Of a stretch of 32,000 nt of DNA, positions 1 to 8,674 are shown one piece after another (positions within the stretch are counted from its first letter, which is position 1; the number at the start of each line of letters is the position of its first letter). This stretch comes from Candidatus Harpocratesius repetitus. Lineage in GTDB: Archaea; Asgardarchaeota; Lokiarchaeia; Sigyniarchaeales; Promethearchaeaceae. The position numbers and the translations under genes are program-made. The stretch lies in NCBI GenBank assembly GCA_021498095.1, contig JAIZWK010000001.1, forward strand, positions 2,040,001 to 2,072,000. Direction: 5' to 3'. The notes under the pieces were generated by a model. The model saw nothing but the letters and a program-made list of their open reading frames with translations, did no database searches and was not told where the DNA came from.

Positions 1-241
1 CTATTGAACTAGTATAAATATCAGTTCGACCTCTTATGGAATATTGATACCAAAGATAGGTTCGGGGAAGAAGATGAAAAATATCTCCAAACGCAAGCAA
101 GAAAAAGGCATTAAATAAATATTTCCATGATTTAGAAGGGTTTTCGGGTTTTTGAATCCAAATTTGAATTAAATTTCCCCATATAATGGCCATGTAGCTC
201 CATAAAAACACGATTGAGGGAATATTTTCAATCATCACCAT
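1..241 (-). CDS. Partial (runs off left edge) predicted membrane protein
   Basis: Not in ORF track. Manual translation from ATG at 241: MVMIENIPSIVFLWSYMAIIWGNLIQIWIQKPENPSKSWKYLFNAFFLLAFGDIFHLLPRTYLWYQYSIRGRTDIYTSSI, open to the edge, with two hydrophobic segments. Confidence 0.75.
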   Translation of the reverse strand, partial: MVMIENIPSIVFLWSYMAIIWGNLIQIWIQKPENPSKSWKYLFNAFFLLAFGDIFHLLPRTYLWYQYSIRGRTDIYTSSI

Positions 242-349
242 AGTATATCATTCTCCTAAAGATTTTTATAATTCTTCGTTTGATTCGTATGAAATTCATA
301 CAAATATGAATAAAGGAAGATCATTTAAAAATATTATTTTATCATCTTT

Positions 350-880
350 TTAAGTATCTCTTCTTTTTGGACCCTCAATCATATTTTCTGCCCATTTTCC
401 TATTGCATCTTGATTAAGTAAAGCTAAGACAATGCTCTGTGTTTTTTCATGAGATAGAATTAAAATTTGTAATCCTGGGGTAATATCTAAATTATCTCGA
501 ACCTTTTTTGGAATAACAATCTGCCCTCTTTCAGCCACTTTAACTAATCCAACAAATTCATGATTTTTTGAATTCTTGAGAGGTGCCGATTCTGGCATTT
601 TGTACCACTTTTCAGCATCTAAAAGCATCATTGCATCCTTACTGTGAGGGAGAACTCCAATAAGTAAGGCAACGTTATCACCTGCGACGATACCAAAATC
701 TTCTCGAGCTTGCTTGGGAATACAGATCTGTCCGCGTGAATTTATTCTCGCCACGCCATAGAATTTGTTCACATTCATGGAATTACATGATAAAACAAGA
801 TATTCTTCTTTAACAAATTTCGCTTTTCCTTGCATGCGCTTAATCGATTTAGGAATGACTAAGTTAATCGGACAATTCAT
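350..880 (-). CDS. Tandem AbrB/MazE/SpoVT-domain DNA-binding protein
   Basis: Two AbrB-type motifs: ARINSRGQICIPKQAREDFGIVAGD and VKVAERGQIVIPKKVRDNLDITPG. The true start may be downstream. Confidence 0.85.
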   Translation of the reverse strand: MNCPINLVIPKSIKRMQGKAKFVKEEYLVLSCNSMNVNKFYGVARINSRGQICIPKQAREDFGIVAGDNVALLIGVLPHSKDAMMLLDAEKWYKMPESAPLKNSKNHEFVGLVKVAERGQIVIPKKVRDNLDITPGLQILILSHEKTQSIVLALLNQDAIGKWAENMIEGPKRRDT

Positions 881-994
881 GCTTTTTCCTTATTTATCTC
901 TTTAACAAATAGATCAATGAATTCACGATATTTTACTGTATTTTAGAAAATATTAACAGTATTCTTTTAAAGGGAATTCACAAAAGAAAAATCT

Positions 995-2716
995 ATGATA
1001 TTACTCAATCCCCATAAAATGGATCGATACTATCCAGATGAAATTTCGAAACAAATAATGGAAAAAACCGTTCAATGGTTTGAAAACCGTGGTAAAACCC
1101 ACATGCTTCAAGATGATTTTGATCGTGTTTGGTATCAAGATTTTTTGGATTTTTTAAAAGAAAATCAAATTTTCGCCACACTACTCACTCCCACTCAATA
1201 CGGTGATGGAACAACTCGCTGGGATACGTGGCGCAATTGTGAATTTAATGAAATATTAGCGTTTTATGGATTGCATTATTGGTACACCTGGCAAGTGTCT
1301 ATTCTTGGATTAGGTCCAATATTTTTAAGTAAGAATGAAAAAGTCAAAAAAAAAACCGCACGATTGCTGAAAGAAGGGGGAATATTTGCATTTGGTCTTT
1401 CTGAAAAAGAACACGGCGCCGATATTTATTCATCAGATATGATCCTGACAAAACATGGAGAAAACGACTACACTGCCAATGGCTCAAAATACTATATAGG
1501 AAACGGTAATAAAGCGGCATTTGTTTCAATTTTTGGCAAATCTCGACCTCCATTTTTCCCTGAAGATAAGAAATATGGAGATTACACCTTTTTTGTAGCA
1601 AAAACAGATCATCCAAAATATGAATGTGTGCGGAATTTAGTTGCTGTTAGTAGCTATGTAGCTGAATATCGCCTTCACGATTATCCTATAACTGAAGAAG
1701 ATATTTTGGCAAAAGGACGTGAAGCATGGGATATGGCGTTGAATACAGTAAATATAGGAAAGTTTAATCTTGGATTTGCATCAATTGGAATTGCAACTCA
1801 TGCCTTTTATGAAGCAATTAATCATGCCAGTCACCGTATCTTATATGGAAAGGCTGTAACTGAATTTCCTCACATTCAATCCTTTTTTGTGGAAGCATAT
1901 TGTCGATTAGTCGCCATGAAATTATTCGCTTTACGCGCTGCTGATTATTTCCGAGCTGCTACTCCCAAAGATCGACGTTATCTCCTGTATAACCCCATGG
2001 TCAAGATGTGGGTAACCTTACAGGGTGAAGAAGTAATTGATTTATTATGGGATATCATCGCTGCAAAAGGTTTTGAGAAGAGCACTTATTTTTCCTTAGC
2101 AACTCGAGATATTCGGGCATTACCCAAGTTAGAGGGTACAGTTCATGTTAATATGGCACTAGTATTGAAATTCATGAAGAATTACTTCTTTAACCATGCT
2201 GAATATGATGAAGTTCCTCAAATGTCTGAAGCAAAGAATGATGATTTTCTCTTTGAACAACCGGCTGCAAAAAATTTGGGTAAAATCAGATTTCACGATT
2301 ATCGGAAGATATATAATCAATTCAACCTCCCCAATGTCAATCGTTTTAAGCGAAATATTAAATGGCTGAAGATGTTGTTGATCGCTGCTCCGCCTTCGAA
2401 GAACCAAGCAAAAGATTTTGATTTTCTGTTAAATTTAGGAAAATTATTCACTTTGGTAATCTACGGGCAACTTATTCTTGAAAATGTAAAATATTACAAT
2501 ATTGACAGTGATTTAATCGAAGAAATATTTGACATTTTGATTCGCGACTTTGCCAAATATGCTTTGGTTTTGCGATCCAAACCTCAATGTACATGGAAGC
2601 AGGCATGGTTCTGCAAGCAAATGCTCAGTAGTCCGAAATCCAACCAAGATCGCTTCAAAAGAGTGTGGGAAAAGCATGTGTTGGTGTTAAAAGATTTGTA
2701 TGAAATGAATCCATAA
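995..2716 (+). CDS. Acyl-CoA dehydrogenase family protein
   Basis: FAFGLSEKEHGADI, NGSKYYIGNG, LNTVNIGKFNLG, HRILYGK and IIAAKGF match ACAD FAD-binding motifs. Confidence 0.92.
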   Translation: MILLNPHKMDRYYPDEISKQIMEKTVQWFENRGKTHMLQDDFDRVWYQDFLDFLKENQIFATLLTPTQYGDGTTRWDTWRNCEFNEILAFYGLHYWYTWQVSILGLGPIFLSKNEKVKKKTARLLKEGGIFAFGLSEKEHGADIYSSDMILTKHGENDYTANGSKYYIGNGNKAAFVSIFGKSRPPFFPEDKKYGDYTFFVAKTDHPKYECVRNLVAVSSYVAEYRLHDYPITEEDILAKGREAWDMALNTVNIGKFNLGFASIGIATHAFYEAINHASHRILYGKAVTEFPHIQSFFVEAYCRLVAMKLFALRAADYFRAATPKDRRYLLYNPMVKMWVTLQGEEVIDLLWDIIAAKGFEKSTYFSLATRDIRALPKLEGTVHVNMALVLKFMKNYFFNHAEYDEVPQMSEAKNDDFLFEQPAAKNLGKIRFHDYRKIYNQFNLPNVNRFKRNIKWLKMLLIAAPPSKNQAKDFDFLLNLGKLFTLVIYGQLILENVKYYNIDSDLIEEIFDILIRDFAKYALVLRSKPQCTWKQAWFCKQMLSSPKSNQDRFKRVWEKHVLVLKDLYEMNP

Positions 2717-2770
2717 AAAAATTTGATTATTGATCAATATAGAAGTTAGAAAATAGTATTATACTCCTTT

Positions 2771-2836
2771 TTTCTTTTTATTCACTATCTCTTTATACTT
2801 TTTTTTTCTTTCTCAGAATTTCTTTTTATTCACTAT
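2771..2836. repeat. 18-bp direct repeat TTTCTTTTTATTCACTAT (2771-2788 and 2819-2836)
   Basis: Exact copies 48 bp apart; the second overlaps the GNAT stop codon. Confidence 0.7.
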
Positions 2837-3368
2837 TGATACAGTTTTCTTGATATTGTAGCAGTATTTCACCTTCTATTTGATCTATCTTTTTAATTTT
2901 AAAGCCTAATCTTTGAAAAAATTTAAGCCCATTTGTATTTTTAATTAAACATTCTGTATAGATTGGTAAAATTCGGTGTTTATGAAGTCGATGTTGTTTT
3001 TCCTGTAGACTTATCCTCTTAACATTGTAATCTTCAGAATAATTGCAGCGAATAATAAAATCCACAAGAGATCTGCCAATACCATTTCTTTGAAAACTTC
3101 TATCTACTGCTAACATTTTGATCCAGAGTGCATCTGATGGATTGCGGATGATCATGAAACCAAGGAGTTTATTTGTTGAAAAATATCCATAATAATCATG
3201 ATAATCTTGATGTCGGTTTTGAAACCAAGTTTTTAATGTTTCTAAAGTATGAGTTCTGCCTGGAGATGTAAAAAATTCTGGAAAATCATTCCAGATCTTG
3301 ACCATCTGATTCAAATCACTTTCATTTATCAAGAGGACGCTTCCATTATTTAAATCATTAGATTTCAT
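2826..3368 (-). CDS. GNAT family N-acetyltransferase
   Basis: Motif A LAVDRSFQRNGIGRSL and motif B NTNGLKFFQRLGF. Confidence 0.88.
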   Translation of the reverse strand: MKSNDLNNGSVLLINESDLNQMVKIWNDFPEFFTSPGRTHTLETLKTWFQNRHQDYHDYYGYFSTNKLLGFMIIRNPSDALWIKMLAVDRSFQRNGIGRSLVDFIIRCNYSEDYNVKRISLQEKQHRLHKHRILPIYTECLIKNTNGLKFFQRLGFKIKKIDQIEGEILLQYQENCINSE

Positions 3369-3556
3369 AACATGTTGATTAATAATTAGGGATAAATGAA
3401 TATTGCATCTTACTCCAAGTGATCAGAACTTATCAACACTCCATGAATTATTATAGTGTTATTCAAAATCAAGAATCAATCTATAAATTTTAAATAGCAT
3501 GCCCCTTTTTTTACATTGATACCGTAATTAGAAAAATATAACGGTAGAGAACCCTA

Positions 3557-3709
3557 GCCTCGGTGGCCTAGCCCGGGAAGGGGAATTCGCCAAGAATCTC
3601 TTCCGAAGGCACTGGACTGAAGAAATTTGTCGAGAATGGCATGTTTCGCTTATTTTCTCGCCATTTTGCACTCATCCAGGCATCGTTGGTTCAAATCCGA
3701 CCCGAGGCA
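3557..3709 (+). tRNA. tRNA-Phe(GAA) with two introns (about 3580-3607 at position 22/23; 3623-3673 at 37/38)
   Basis: Acceptor GCCTCGG/CCGAGGC plus A73; D-arm GCCT-AGCCCGGGA-AGGC after removing 28 nt; anticodon stem CTGGA/TCCAG with loop CT-GAA-GA after removing 51 nt; T-arm GTTGG-TTCAAAT-CCGAC. Confidence 0.85.
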
Positions 3710-3789
3710 TCATTATATCTTCTATTTTTTAACTGAATTCTTTAAAAATGAAATATAAAAAAATGGAACTTAGCATTCAATTTAACTTC

Positions 3790-5382
3790 CTAAAAATGCA
3801 ATGTATCATCTTCATCTGTCATTAAATGTTTTAATTTTTTAAGTTGAGATATTGTATCTTGTATTTTTGTTAAATCATCAACATTAATTGATAGTTTCTC
3901 TAGATTGATAAGGTGTGAAATTTTTTTGGAAATATTCGAGAATTCATTTTCCATTATGTTAAATTCAGTTAAATTTATGAGTTTCCAAATACCTTCTGGC
4001 AAATTTGTTAGGTTGTTATGGCTTAGATCTAATGTTCTCAAATATTCAAGTTTTCCAATGGTTTCAGGAATACTTGTAAGATTATTTAGACTTAAATTTA
4101 ATTCTTCTAAGTAATTAAGTTGAGAAATGTTATCTGGTAAAAATTTCAGCTCATTTCCTTGTAATATTAATTTTTTTAAATTTTTAATATTTGTAATCAT
4201 TTTTGGGAAATCCGTGAACTTGTTGTGGCGAAGATCTAAGATTTCTAAGTTATTCAGTTGAGAAATACTCTCTGGTAGAGTAGTTAAATTAGTTATACCC
4301 AAGTATAATTCTCGCAAATTCTCTAATTTTCCAATACTTTTTGGAATATTCGTGAGATTGTTATAACTTAGATCAAGTATTTCTAAGTTTTTTAATTGAC
4401 CAATACTGTCAGGAATTCTTTGTAACTTGTTGTCTATTATTTCAAATTTTTTTAGATTACTAAGCTGAGAAATATTCTCTGGTAGATGGGTGATTTGATT
4501 AAAACTTATGTCTAATTCTTGCAAATTTCTAATCTCCATGATAGATTTTGTAATTTCTGAAAAATTATTGGAATGAAGTATTAATTTGTTGAGATTTGCA
4601 AGTTGAGAAATATTTTCAGGCAATTTTGATAATGAATTTGCACCTAGCATTAATATTTTTAAATTTCTAAGTTTACCAATATTTTCTGGGAGTTCTACTA
4701 ACTTATTATGCATAATATCTAAAAGTTCTAAATTCTGAAGATGCTCGATACTTTCAGGGATTTTTGTTATATTGTTATATCTTAGATACAATTTCTGTAA
4801 ATTCTTTAATTGCAATATACTCTCTGGAAATTTAGATAGATTATTTTGGTATAAATCTAAAGTTGTTAAATTGGTGAGTTGTTTAATGGATTTAGGTATT
4901 TTTGTCAAATTATTATAACTTAAGCCTAAAGCTCTTAAATTTCTAAGTTGTCCAAGATGCTTGGGAAATTCTTCAATCCGTAAGATTAGAGTAGGAATAT
5001 GCATAATATATTGGTAATATTTATTAAATGTAGCAACAACGTACTTGAAATTCTCCTTATTTAAAAGATTAAAACCTTTTATATGTGAAGGCGCAATCAT
5101 CACTTTTTCTAATGATTTACATTTTGCTAATCCTTGTAAATTTACCACATTATCTACAAAAATATAAATCTCTTGTAAATTTGGAAGTTGTGCAATAAGT
5201 GGAGTAATATAACTTAAATTTTCGAAACTGAGCGAGTCAATTCTGCTTATATCGATTTTCTTTGCTTCATTTATAGGTATGCTTTTTGAAGGTTCTTCTA
5301 TGGTAATTTGATTAGTTATTTTAACACCTGCTTTTAATTGGTATTCAGCTTGAATTTGTGTTAGTACATTTTTAGCATTCAT
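3790..5382 (-). CDS. Leucine-rich repeat protein (about 17-18 repeats of 23 aa)
   Basis: Repeated LxxLxxLDLxxNxLxxLPxxIxx units; no recognisable C-terminal effector domain. Confidence 0.95.
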   Translation of the reverse strand: MNAKNVLTQIQAEYQLKAGVKITNQITIEEPSKSIPINEAKKIDISRIDSLSFENLSYITPLIAQLPNLQEIYIFVDNVVNLQGLAKCKSLEKVMIAPSHIKGFNLLNKENFKYVVATFNKYYQYIMHIPTLILRIEEFPKHLGQLRNLRALGLSYNNLTKIPKSIKQLTNLTTLDLYQNNLSKFPESILQLKNLQKLYLRYNNITKIPESIEHLQNLELLDIMHNKLVELPENIGKLRNLKILMLGANSLSKLPENISQLANLNKLILHSNNFSEITKSIMEIRNLQELDISFNQITHLPENISQLSNLKKFEIIDNKLQRIPDSIGQLKNLEILDLSYNNLTNIPKSIGKLENLRELYLGITNLTTLPESISQLNNLEILDLRHNKFTDFPKMITNIKNLKKLILQGNELKFLPDNISQLNYLEELNLSLNNLTSIPETIGKLEYLRTLDLSHNNLTNLPEGIWKLINLTEFNIMENEFSNISKKISHLINLEKLSINVDDLTKIQDTISQLKKLKHLMTDEDDTLHF

Positions 5383-5620
5383 TGTGGTTGATTTCTCACT
5401 TATTTTTTCCTACCTGGTTTAGTAATTTTATTATAAAAAAACCTGTTAATAAAAAAATTATCAATTAGTCATATCAAATAAGAATTCATCATCATCTTGA
5501 TGAACTAAATCTAATTTTGAGTGGAAGATTCTTCAGTTAAGAGTGTATACGTTTGATTGAGATAAAGTAGGGTTTATATTCGGAAAAATTCTCGAGTTTC
5601 ACCAAAAAAGTATATCTATA

Positions 5621-6031
5621 TTGAAGAATATCTTTATTCTATTCATGGATAATCGCATAACTTTGATTCAGAAATTTTGGGATTTTTTTGATAAACGTCA
5701 ATTTGAAAAAGCTCTCCCCTTGCTCCACCCAGAATTTCAAGCAATATGGGTGACCTCTAACGAGTGCTTTCAAACAAAAGAAGCATTTATTCAAGCAAAT
5801 TCTCATTATCCAGGTAAATGGCACACTCATTTAAAGCGAATTGAATTATTTGATTCAGGAGCTGTTAGTATTGTAAAGGTGTTTTCTGAATCAAACCCTG
5901 CAGAATTTTATGCAACTTCATTTTACAAATTCAAAGAGAATCTGATTTTAGAGATTAAAGAATACTGGGCAACGGTAGAAAATCCACCAGAATGGCGGAA
6001 AAAATACACAATAACATATTTAACAGAGTAA
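5621..6031 (+). CDS. SnoaL-like / NTF2 family protein
   Basis: LIQKFWDFFDKRQFEKALPLLHPEF at the N-terminus and FYKFKENLILEIKEYWA...PEWR at the C-terminus. The start may be MDNRI. Confidence 0.75.
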   Translation: MKNIFILFMDNRITLIQKFWDFFDKRQFEKALPLLHPEFQAIWVTSNECFQTKEAFIQANSHYPGKWHTHLKRIELFDSGAVSIVKVFSESNPAEFYATSFYKFKENLILEIKEYWATVENPPEWRKKYTITYLTE

Positions 6032-6079
6032 ACTGTTTTTAGATTCTTTTTAGCTTTTTAAAAGAAAGTATGAAGAAGA

Positions 6080-6174
6080 TGCGTCCACCGGGGATCGAAC
6101 CCGGCTCCTAGACTATCTCCATAAGATTATTAAATATGGAAGGCCTAGATGCTAAACCACTACACAATGGACGC
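6080..6174 (-). tRNA. tRNA-Gly(TCC) with a 22-nt intron at 37/38 (6115-6136)
   Basis: Acceptor GCGTCCA/TGGACGC plus A73; anticodon stem TAGGC/GTCTA; BHB central helix CTTC/GGAG with 3-nt bulges; T-arm CCGGG-TTCGATC-CCCGG. Confidence 0.93.
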
Positions 6175-6301
6175 AAAAATCCATTTGAGAAAAGAGCACT
6201 GGACTTTCTATGCTGAGTAAAAGAAAGGGTGATGAATTTTAAAATTTATCATTCAACTATTTAAAAATTCTTTCATTAATTGCATCCACAAAATATGAAA
6301 A

Positions 6302-6967
6302 TTACAAATCCAGCATTTCAGAGTCAGCTTCATTATTATTTTCTATGCTGTTTATTTTTCCAGTATTAAATAGGTCATTTTTTTTCAATTGAATTGCAAG
6401 TTTTTTCAGTGATGATTGGATTGTTGCCAGATTATTCGCTCCGGTGCAAATAACCTTGCCAGAACTAAAAATAAGAAAGCAAATTTTATTTGGTTCTGGG
6501 ATTTTATAGATTAATCCCGGAAAAACTTCAGGTTCGTAAATGGCTCGTTCAAGCATTAACGAAGATAAATCTAAATTAATTTTGGTTTGAAAATCAGCCC
6601 GACCTACCATATTTTCAATACGGATTTCTGGTTCTGAGGTCAAGGTAATTCCTGCTAATGAAAGTCTTTTCAAAGTTTTTTCCATGATAATCGGGATATG
6701 CTTTTCAAGGCGGACACCAGTGACAACAATTTTTCCACTAGAAAAAATAAGTAAAGTAGCTTTAGGTTTGCTAAATTTAGTAATCACACCTGGAAAGTTC
6801 TCTTTTTTCTCAATATCTTTGAATTTTTCGGCTAGAATTGTCAAATTGATATGGCAGTGAAGATTAATGGTTGCAACTATATTTTCGATCCGTAAGATAA
6901 GCTTATTAGGTGTTTTTCGCTCGTCTGTGGAAGGATTTTGAGGAGGATGGGATGATTTTGTGTTCAT
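6302..6967 (-). CDS. tbp: TATA-box-binding protein
   Basis: Two repeats: IENIVAT...FPG...LLIFSSGKIVVTG and IENMVG...YEPEVFPGLIYK...LIFSSGKVICTGA. Confidence 0.95.
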   Translation of the reverse strand: MNTKSSHPPQNPSTDERKTPNKLILRIENIVATINLHCHINLTILAEKFKDIEKKENFPGVITKFSKPKATLLIFSSGKIVVTGVRLEKHIPIIMEKTLKRLSLAGITLTSEPEIRIENMVGRADFQTKINLDLSSLMLERAIYEPEVFPGLIYKIPEPNKICFLIFSSGKVICTGANNLATIQSSLKKLAIQLKKNDLFNTGKINSIENNNEADSEMLDL

Positions 6968-7091
6968 TAATCAATTTCACTTTAAATGTGCATTTTTTCT
7001 AATTTTGGAAAGATTTGGAAATTATTAAGAATTTTTGATAGTGTTGAAATTTTTGAAAGTTTTTTTTAGATTTATATGAATTATTTAAATT

Positions 7092-7136
7092 TTCAGAGTC
7101 TTTGGAGCATTTAGAGTCGTTAGAGTCTTTGAATCG
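7092..7136. repeat. Degenerate 9-bp tandem repeat (TTTAGAGTC-like, about 5 units) upstream of tbp
   Basis: ttcagagtc tttggagca tttagagtc gttagagtc tttgaatcg. Confidence 0.5.
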
Positions 7137-7474
7137 TTTTAGTTTTCAGAGTTAATATCATTAATCTAATTATCGATATTATTTGTTTAGATCCTATCTG
7201 GGATGGTAGATATATGGGAAATACTAAGGATTGAGAGTCCATTTATTTATAAATCTACAGCAAACTGATATATTAGATTGAATTCAAGATGGTATTGGTT
7301 GTGAAGTTGCTAATTTTGTTCGTAGTACTGATTGTAATATGATTGTTAAAGAAATGATGAGTTGATAACTGTGAATGTTATTATTGTTAAGAACGATCAG
7401 TTTAGTATTTGAACCTTTATTTCGTGAAATTCGCAAAAAAATTGTTAAAAAAAAATCCAAATATATCTTAATTT

Positions 7475-8025
7475 GGCTATTTTTAATTACGAAGGATCAA
7501 TTCACTGACACCTCGGTTTGAATTTTTTTCCCCCATTTTTCGTTTAATTGAAATAATTATTTAATTTCTGAATTATTCCACTCATTAGAGAGAATTTTTG
7601 GGCTAAATCGGTGCAGAACAATGGTAATTCCCAAGATTTCGGGTTCATTTATGACTGTAATATATCCCTGAAATCGCTGTTCTAAACCCTCAGGTGTTTT
7701 AGGAACAGTTAAATGCACACGAGTCTTAATCCTACTATTAATATTCTTCGCCAGATTATTTAATAAAACTTTTGTCACAAATAGTCTTGTATTTCCTTTT
7801 TAGCAACTGTAACTGCGGAAAGCATATTTTTGCCAGTTTGAGAGTTTTATAAAAAATATCAATTTATGTATATCCTTGCTTTTCTTTGTCATAAGTTTTA
7901 GAATAGTGTATGTTTTGCTCTAAAAATTCAATGAAATTGTCAATGAGATTTTTTTGAACGGTAATATTGAAATAATTTAAAAAATAAGGCTTCTTTTAAT
8001 TGATCCTTCATTCCTAAAAATAGTC
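7475..8025 (-). mobile_element. 551-bp non-autonomous (MITE-like) internal-deletion derivative of the IS family at 23713-25305
   Basis: 28-bp imperfect TIRs (7475-7502 and 7998-8025, 23/28 match) and 8-bp TSD CTTAATTT at 7467-7474 and 8026-8033. It retains only the decayed transposase 3' end, with CGA changed to TAA. Confidence 0.92.
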
Positions 8026-8062
8026 CTTAATTTTCAAATAAAATTTTTATCAACTTTTATAA

Positions 8063-8575
8063 TTATTTTTCCAAATAGAATAAAATTTCTTCTTCTAAAG
8101 TAGATTTATGCTCTGGTTTTTCATCTATTTTTCCTAAACATTTACCTTTCTTATTAAAAAGAAAGATGGCAGGAATATGAAACATATCAAATCGTTCATC
8201 TAATGTTTCAGGAGGTGATGGAGGGGATTTCCAGATAACTTTTCCTTTTTCTCTACTGTAAGGTGCTCTCACTTTTATTCCTGTAAGGACACGGACTTCC
8301 ATTCGAGGATTATTTAGACTTCTTTCAATTTTAACTAAACGTGGTAATTGAATCTTGCAATCTCCGCACCAACTTGCCCCAAATGCAACAATAATTAAGG
8401 TTTCATCATTTTTGATCAACCAAGATTTGATTTTTTGAATAATTTCAGATTTTGGTTCATATTTTTCATAATTTTCTCGGTATACTTCTGTTTGAGGGAT
8501 GTAATTATGTCCTACTTTCCATTCCGATTTTATATCTTCGAGTGTAATCTTATTTTTATCAAACTTTTTTGACAT
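8063..8575 (-). CDS. Thioredoxin-family protein
   Basis: FGASWCGDCK active site and a downstream HIPAIFLF cis-Pro loop. Confidence 0.85.
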   Translation of the reverse strand: MSKKFDKNKITLEDIKSEWKVGHNYIPQTEVYRENYEKYEPKSEIIQKIKSWLIKNDETLIIVAFGASWCGDCKIQLPRLVKIERSLNNPRMEVRVLTGIKVRAPYSREKGKVIWKSPPSPPETLDERFDMFHIPAIFLFNKKGKCLGKIDEKPEHKSTLEEEILFYLEK

Positions 8576-8674
8576 AAGACGTTTAAGAAAACCATATAAA
8601 AAAAGGTTAGGCTTGCGGAGTATAACAAGAAATCTATTTTTTCTTCTTGTAAATGTCTATTGTGAAAAAAATAA

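Noticed and set aside
3710-6079. LRR/SnoaL segment as a tRNA-integrated island
   Set aside because: I found no duplicated tRNA 3' end and no integrase.
6190-6215. GCACTGGACT match to the tRNA-Phe anticodon arm as a split-tRNA piece or att site
   Set aside because: Only 10 bp, with no complementary stem or other tRNA elements; likely chance.
6968-7474. Hidden ORF or N-terminal TBP extension in the 9-bp-periodic region
   Set aside because: An in-frame TGA lies two codons upstream of the tbp ATG, and the minus-strand frames I translated (to about 7200) are interrupted by stops or lack a start.
7557-7778. 73-aa ORF as an independent gene
   Set aside because: It is the decayed transposase C-terminus inside the MITE-like element, ending at a premature stop.
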